A stretch of 64,000 nucleotides of DNA, taken from an uncultured Pseudomonadota bacterium. Lineage in GTDB: Bacteria > Pseudomonadota > Alphaproteobacteria > Rhizobiales > Hyphomicrobiaceae. Position numbers and translations under genes: made by a program. Of this stretch, positions 58,962-64,000 are shown piece after piece. The notes below the pieces were generated by a model. The model did not search any database, was not told the DNA's origin, and saw nothing but the letters and a program-made list of their open reading frames with translations. The stretch lies in contig CAWBLX010000002.1 of NCBI GenBank assembly GCA_963789775.1, forward strand, positions 143,663 to 207,662, in the 5' to 3' direction. Each line of letters opens with the position of its first letter. Within the stretch, counting starts at the first letter, position 1.

Positions 58962-60377
58962 ATGATGTTCGCGTTGGTAGTGCGTCGTGCGTTCGGTGGC
59001 GGGCAAAGTTTGGTCCGTGTCTTGGCGGATAAGATCCGCTATCGGGCGGGTTTAAGGGATTTCGGAGCCGATTCTCGTGGCAGTGTAGCCATCATCTTCG
59101 GCCTCACGATGCTCGTTCTTTTCATGATGATCGGGTTGGCGGTCGATTACGCCCGTTTCGTGAACGCGCGTAGCCAGACGATCGAAGCGACCGATGCCGC
59201 GGTGCTGGCCGGCGCGCGCGCGCTTCAGACGAATGGCGGAGATCAGAGCGCGGCCGTCAAGGTCGCGGAGACGTACTATCAGCAGGCCACGAAGAACCGG
59301 ATTGAGGTTGTCGATCGGTCGGACAGCATCAATTTCGTTGTGACAGATAACGGCACCGCCATGAAGGCGACGGGCAACGCGAAGGTCGCGACGCCCTTCA
59401 TGCATCTGGCGTTTCTCGGAAGCGATCGTATGCAGTCGTTGCCGCTGCTGCACGCGGACGGGTCCGATTACTCCAAAGCTGTCCTCGCGGTCGGTGGTAA
59501 CGGCCAGACGAATCTCGAGGTCAGCATGATGCTCGATATTACGGGATCAATGAGGGGGCAGAAGCTGACGGACATGAAGTCGGCCGCTTCCGATCTGGTC
59601 AATATCGTGGTGTGGAAAGATCAGAGCGAATACACGTCGCGAATTGCAATCGTGCCGTTTGCCTATGACGTTCGACTTCCGAGCGACGCGTTCAAGACGG
59701 CAACCGGGTACACCACTAAAACAAGTTATCCTTGTGTCGTGGAACGCACCGGAACGGAGAAATATACCGACGCTGGGCCCGGCAAGAATAAGTATGTCAT
59801 GGTGCACAGCTCAAAGAGCAACAAAGTCTCGCCGACATGCGATTTGTCATCGGACGAAGAAATGCTGCCGCTGACGAGCGACAAAACGACTTTGTTGTCA
59901 AAAATTGACGATCTTCAGACAGAAGGCAGCACGGCCGGTCACATCGGCACAGCCTGGGCTTGGTATATGTTGTCGCCAAACTGGGGATCGCTCTGGAATT
60001 CATCCAGTGCTCCGGCCGCGTACGGAACGGAAAAGCTAAAAAAGATTGCGGTGCTGATGACGGACGGTGAATACAACACCCAATATAACTCGTACGGTTA
60101 CTCGGTCGACGGCAACGCGACGACCAATTGTCCCGACGCTGCCAACGGCAAGTGTTCGAGCGACCAGGCCGTCGCGCAGTGTACTGCGATGAAAGCCAAG
60201 GGTATCGAGGTCTACACGGTCGGGTTCCAACTCGGAAACAGTACGCTTGCGACCAACACTCTCAAGAGCTGTGCGACGGATGCGGACCACTTCTACAATT
60301 CATCGACGGGCGACGCGCTCAAGGCGGCGTTCCGGGACATCGCGCTCAAGATTTCGACCCTCTATCTTTCACAGTAG
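58962..60377 (+). CDS. TadE/TadG-like N-terminus + von Willebrand factor A (VWA) domain protein
   Basis: 471 aa. N-terminal Tad-type segment (RGSVAIIFGLTMLVLFMMIGLAVDYAR) and a VWA MIDAS-like DxTxS (MLDITGSM ... TAGHIG ... VLMTDGEYN). GGAGG RBS upstream. Confidence 0.75.
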   Translation: MMFALVVRRAFGGGQSLVRVLADKIRYRAGLRDFGADSRGSVAIIFGLTMLVLFMMIGLAVDYARFVNARSQTIEATDAAVLAGARALQTNGGDQSAAVKVAETYYQQATKNRIEVVDRSDSINFVVTDNGTAMKATGNAKVATPFMHLAFLGSDRMQSLPLLHADGSDYSKAVLAVGGNGQTNLEVSMMLDITGSMRGQKLTDMKSAASDLVNIVVWKDQSEYTSRIAIVPFAYDVRLPSDAFKTATGYTTKTSYPCVVERTGTEKYTDAGPGKNKYVMVHSSKSNKVSPTCDLSSDEEMLPLTSDKTTLLSKIDDLQTEGSTAGHIGTAWAWYMLSPNWGSLWNSSSAPAAYGTEKLKKIAVLMTDGEYNTQYNSYGYSVDGNATTNCPDAANGKCSSDQAVAQCTAMKAKGIEVYTVGFQLGNSTLATNTLKSCATDADHFYNSSTGDALKAAFRDIALKISTLYLSQ

Positions 60378-60402
60378 ATTGAGGTCATTGGGCACTCCGA
60401 AA

Positions 60403-60429
60403 AGGGGACGCTTCGGCGTCCTCTTTTTT
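60403..60429. terminator. Rho-independent terminator (bidirectional context)
   Basis: AGGGGACGC-TTCG-GCGTCCTCT followed by TTTTTT, with an A-run upstream. Lies between the convergent stops at 60377 (+) and 60521 (-). Confidence 0.7.
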
Positions 60430-60520
60430 GTTTGGGCTTTGGCTACTCCGTCGCGCGGAGCCGGCCGCTAAGTGCATTGGTCGCTGAGAGATCGAGCGGC
60501 CGCCGGGCGCAAAAAAATCC

Positions 60521-60826
60521 TTACGCGTCGCCGACGCATTCCTCGTCAAAGCCGGTTTCGACCAGATGGACCAGAGCTTGCAGCGCTTCCGGTCCTTGGG
60601 GGCCTTCCGTGACGATGTGCAGTTCGGAACCTGGTCCGGCGGCGAGCATCATCAGGCCCATGATCGAGGTTCCGCCGACGGAGTTTCCGTGGTGGGTGAC
60701 GGTGACGGCCGCGTCAAAAGTCTCGGCGCACTTGACGAACTTCGCCGAGGCACGTGCGTGCAGTCCCTTGATGTTGCGGATGATGACGACGGCTTCCGGT
60801 TTCAGGCTATTGGCGAGTTCGGGCAT
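60521..60826 (-). CDS. ptsH: HPr-family phosphocarrier protein
   Basis: 101 aa with the His-15 context IKGLHARASAKFV and the Ser-46-like context GTSIMGLMML. Confidence 0.85.
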   Translation of the reverse strand: MPELANSLKPEAVVIIRNIKGLHARASAKFVKCAETFDAAVTVTHHGNSVGGTSIMGLMMLAAGPGSELHIVTEGPQGPEALQALVHLVETGFDEECVGDA

Positions 60827-60835
60827 CGCTTACTG

Positions 60836-61243
60836 TCAGCCCCCGGAGAGTTCTTGGCTTGCGACCTTGATATATTTCTTGCCGGCGTCGCGCGCCATGA
60901 TGACGGCTTGATCGAGCGGTGTCTCGCCGCGAATGCTCGCGAGCTTCACGAGGATCGGAAGGCTGATCCCTGCGATCACTTCCGCTTTCGTTTCGTCCAT
61001 GACCGATATTGCAAGGTTCGACGGCGTGCCGCCGAACATGTCCGTCAGGATGATGACGCCCTTGCCGCTATCGACGCTTTGAACGGCATTCAGGATTTCA
61101 AGCCGACGCGCTTCCATGTCGTCGTCCGGACCGATCGCAATCGTTTCAAGCGCGGCCTGCTTTCCGACGACATGCTCGAGCGCATTGCGGAATTCTAGCG
61201 CAAGCCCGCCATGCGTGACGATGACAAGTCCGATCATGAGCAA
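60836..61243 (-). CDS. PTS EIIA component, mannose family (ManX-like, stand-alone)
   Basis: 135 aa starting MIGLVIVTHGGLA (phosphorylatable His context) with ILTDMFGGTPSN. Confidence 0.85.
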   Translation of the reverse strand: MLMIGLVIVTHGGLALEFRNALEHVVGKQAALETIAIGPDDDMEARRLEILNAVQSVDSGKGVIILTDMFGGTPSNLAISVMDETKAEVIAGISLPILVKLASIRGETPLDQAVIMARDAGKKYIKVASQELSGG

Positions 61244-61346
61244 CGGGCCATTTCATTGTCGTGCGGCGAGGCTGATTGTTGCTTCGCCGTGTGGCGCGGA
61301 AAGTGGCAAGTGTTGGCCGCCGGCGCAAGCAGTTTCTGGATCGGGT

Positions 61347-61823
61347 TCAGGCCTTTGGTGCAATTCGTGGCAGGGGCGCCATGACAATGGCCGTTACAAG
61401 TTTTATGGCGCTTGAACTCTCGAAGGGCGACAATTGGACCAGGGGAATGTCGAAGCCCAGAATACGGGCGAAAGGCCAAGGATCCGGGTATCTTTCGATG
61501 ACGTCTTCGCAGGTTAGGTCTGCGACAAGAACGAGTTTCGCCTCGAGGATCGGATCAACCTCAAGGATACCGAGTCCTCGCACTTCAAGCTTGCCGAGCA
61601 AGGGGGCGGGCGCACTCGCACCGAGGTCCGAGCCCTGCTGCTTTAGTAGGACCTGGTCGTCGGCGACGAGTTTGACGGTCTCTCGAACGATCGTGGACAG
61701 TCCGAGGCCCAGGCATCGGAGCGCCAAGTCCGACTTTCCAGACCCGGAAGATCCGCGAATGAGCACCGCGCGGTTGCCGACGGCGATAGCCGTTCCGTGT
61801 ACGCGCTCAACTTCTCCAGACAA
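61347..61823 (-). CDS. hprK: HPr kinase/phosphorylase, short alphaproteobacterial form (C-terminal domain only)
   Basis: 158 aa with P-loop GSSGSGKSDLAL and EVRGLGIL. Overlaps the chvG stop by 17 nt. Confidence 0.85.
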   Translation of the reverse strand: MSGEVERVHGTAIAVGNRAVLIRGSSGSGKSDLALRCLGLGLSTIVRETVKLVADDQVLLKQQGSDLGASAPAPLLGKLEVRGLGILEVDPILEAKLVLVADLTCEDVIERYPDPWPFARILGFDIPLVQLSPFESSSAIKLVTAIVMAPLPRIAPKA

Positions 61824-63651
61824 GTCCGGTTCCTACGATAGGCGACAGCGGCAGGCGTACCGTGAAGCGCGCGCCCTTTCGGGAATCGGTATCGCTCAAG
61901 CTCCGATTTTCCGCAAAGATTTCGCCGTTGTGGCTAACCACGATCTCGCGTGAAATGGAGAGGCCGAGGCCCGAATTCTTTCCGCGCTTGGCGTCCGTCA
62001 GCGGCCGGTCGCTGTAGAACCTGTCGAAGATCTGCCCGAGTTTGTTTGGAGGGATGCCCGGGCCTTCGTCCTCGATCGTAATCTCGACCTTGCCGCCGTT
62101 CGGCCGGGCGCGAACCGTCACCAGGGCACCTTCGGGTGAGAAGGACAGGGCGTTGTCGATGAGATTCGTGAATACTTGGCCGAGGCGGCTGTCGTTGCCC
62201 TGGACCATGTAGGATGCCGGGGCGGCCGGCTCGATGAACAAGCGGACATTGCGGGTGTCGTCTGCCAACATGTCTGTGAAGAGGCCGTTGATGTTTTCCA
62301 GCACGCTTCGAAGGTCGATCGACTGCATTTCCTGGCGTGCGAGTTCGGCATCGAGGCGCGAGGTGCTCGAGATATCGTTGATGAGGCGGTTGAGGCGCTT
62401 CAGTTCCGCCTGGATCTCGCTCACCAGCTCGTTGCGATCGGCGTCGGATTTTGCATAGGCCATGGCCTCAGCGGTCGAGCGCGCGGCGGCTAGCGGGTTC
62501 TTCAGTTCGTGGGCGACGTCGGCCGCGAATTTCTCACTTGCTTCAATGCGCCGGTAGAGCGCGTCCGTCATGGCAACAAAGGCGCGGCCCGTCTGGCCGA
62601 CCTCGTCACGCCGGGCCGTCAAATCCGGCAGTTGCTCGCGGGCGGAAATATTCTGCGTGACCCGGTTGGCGGCTTCGGAAAGCCGGCGCATGGGGCCAGC
62701 GACCGTACGTTCCAGCACCAGCGAGCTTCCGATCGCCACGAGAAGTGCCATCGCCGCAATTTGAAGGATCAGCCATCGCTCGTCCCAGAGCACGTCGTCG
62801 ATATCGCCGGGATTTGTCGATATGAGCAGGACGCCGAGGATCTTGTTGCCGCGCTTGATCGGTTCAGCCATCGAGACGATCTGCTGGCCGTGGCGATTGA
62901 GCAGCAGGATCGGCGTTTCGATGCCTTTTATCGCGGCGTTCTTGACCTCGGGATAGAGAAAGCCATTCGCCGTCCCGAGTTCCCGGTAGACTTTGAGCTC
63001 CTTGTTGATCACCCAATAGTGGAGACGGGTCCAAAAGTTCTTCAGGCGCGGCGCGGGATCATTGGCATCGACCGGCGCGTCGGGCTTACTATTTGAAAAC
63101 AGAGTGTCGCCGTTGAGGATCAGCGTGCCTTTGGCGGAATAGATGCGGGCTTTGAGGTTGGCAGGTCCGACGAGCTTTCTCAGGATCACCGCCGCCTGAT
63201 GCGGATCGATGGGCAGCTCGAGAGCTGCAAACGCGTCGTCGCGCTGGGCGCGTGCCATCGCTTTCTCGGGGATGCGATTGGGATCGAAAATCGCCCTTTC
63301 GTTGACGGCACGATAGGCGATTGCCTCGGCGGTGATGCGAGAGACCGTTTTCACGACGTCGACTTTCGCGTCGAGCAGCCAGCCGTGATGAAGGCTGAGG
63401 TAGAGCATGGCGAACAGAAGTCCCGCCAAGCCGAGTAAGTTCGCAAGGAGAATGCGGCGCCTCAGGTTCTTCCCGATAGCGCGCGCGATCCAGCCTTTGG
63501 CGAGCCAGCTTCCCGTCGCCGCCGCCGCGCGCAGAAAGAACGCGCGTGCATCGAATTTAGGCCGCGTTGGGGCTGCATCCGGCGCCGCGATTTCGCTCGC
63601 GAGGCCGTCGAGCGCCGCCGCTGCCGCGATGTCGTTGCTGTCTCGTGCCAT
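61807..63651 (-). CDS. chvG: Sensor histidine kinase ChvG/ExoS type
   Basis: 614 aa with two TM segments flanking a large periplasmic domain, a HAMP domain, an H-box (FAADVAHELKNPL), an N-box (FTNLIDNALSFS) and a G-box (NSGLGLSI). Lies downstream of a chvI-like regulator and upstream of hprK. Confidence 0.85.
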   Translation of the reverse strand: MARDSNDIAAAAALDGLASEIAAPDAAPTRPKFDARAFFLRAAAATGSWLAKGWIARAIGKNLRRRILLANLLGLAGLLFAMLYLSLHHGWLLDAKVDVVKTVSRITAEAIAYRAVNERAIFDPNRIPEKAMARAQRDDAFAALELPIDPHQAAVILRKLVGPANLKARIYSAKGTLILNGDTLFSNSKPDAPVDANDPAPRLKNFWTRLHYWVINKELKVYRELGTANGFLYPEVKNAAIKGIETPILLLNRHGQQIVSMAEPIKRGNKILGVLLISTNPGDIDDVLWDERWLILQIAAMALLVAIGSSLVLERTVAGPMRRLSEAANRVTQNISAREQLPDLTARRDEVGQTGRAFVAMTDALYRRIEASEKFAADVAHELKNPLAAARSTAEAMAYAKSDADRNELVSEIQAELKRLNRLINDISSTSRLDAELARQEMQSIDLRSVLENINGLFTDMLADDTRNVRLFIEPAAPASYMVQGNDSRLGQVFTNLIDNALSFSPEGALVTVRARPNGGKVEITIEDEGPGIPPNKLGQIFDRFYSDRPLTDAKRGKNSGLGLSISREIVVSHNGEIFAENRSLSDTDSRKGARFTVRLPLSPIVGTGLVWRS

Positions 63652-63678
63652 CCCGTCCCCGGTGGCTAGTCGGGTCGC

Positions 63679-64000
63679 CTACTCTTTGAAGCGATAGCCG
63701 ACGCCGTAAAGTGTTTCGATCACGTCAAAGTCGTCATCGACCTGCTTGAACTTCTTGCGCAGCCGCTTGATGTGACTGTCGATCGTCCGATCGTCCACAT
63801 AGACCTGATCATCGTAGGCGGCGTCCATCAGTGCGTCGCGCGTTTTGACGACACCGGGGCGCGTTGCCAATGCCTGCAGAATAAGAAATTCCGTGACCGT
63901 CAGCGTCACGGCCTTGCTGTCCCAATGACACGTGTGGCGCTCAGGGTCGAGCTTCAGTTTGCCGCGTTCCAGCACGCGCTTGGCTTCGTCCTCGGTCGTG
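63679..64000 (-). CDS. chvI: OmpR-family response regulator ChvI type, C-terminal part (gene runs off the window)
   Basis: Winged-helix output domain ([26 protein letters not shown] ... [12 protein letters not shown] ... [11 protein letters not shown]). The reading frame stays open to the window edge. Confidence 0.8.
   Translation of the reverse strand, partial: TTEDEAKRVLERGKLKLDPERHTCHWDSKAVTLTVTEFLILQALATRPGVVKTRDALMDAAYDDQVYVDDRTIDSHIKRLRKKFKQVDDDFDVIETLYGVGYRFKE

Overview
High-GC chromosomal segment. Spot counts of single 60-nt lines give 60-73% GC in core genes. Gene order indicates an alphaproteobacterium of the Hyphomicrobiales/Rhizobiales type (inference): chvI-chvG-hprK-EIIA(Man)-HPr ... 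ahcY, tsaE-fusion/murU-like/addB/addA/trxA, hsp20-DUF1150, aroA-cmk ... rpsA-sppA-ihfB-lapA-trpFBA-accD-folC. About 60 protein genes and two tRNAs, Leu(CAG) and Ala(GGC), can be supported. No rRNA, CRISPR array, transposase or integrase was recognised. Most of the window is housekeeping. The accessory-looking parts are as follows. (1) 0.3-7.1 kb holds two convergent redox/hydrolase operons. One of them encodes an RclC-like DUF417 protein, a secreted alpha/beta hydrolase, a cytoplasmic YedY/MsrP-fold molybdoenzyme and a translationally coupled FNR-like reductase. (2) About 7.9-12.6 kb is a lower-GC block (about 47-52% in spot counts) abutting the 3' end of tRNA-Leu. It carries an AraC regulator, two diverged tandem cytochrome P460 genes and a secreted metzincin with an unexplained N-terminal half. 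(3) A 29-codon stand-alone pqqA (PQQ precursor peptide) lies at 15954..16043. It is too short for the supplied ORF track and no pqqBCDE is present in the window. (4) A homodimeric-E1 pyruvate dehydrogenase cluster (aceE-aceF-lpdA, with a lipoyl domain fused to E3) plus a stray pyruvyl-transferase gene sits between cmk and rpsA. (5) Tandem DUF779 genes follow an aldehyde dehydrogenase, and one copy has lost the Cys-Cys motif. (6) A TadG-like/VWA gene with a 32%-GC upstream region and ATCCGTG repeats lies between ahcY and the HPr/HprK/ChvGI cluster. All functional calls rest on motif recognition by eye, since no database search could be run. The many long ORFs antisense to well-supported genes are treated as high-GC artefacts.
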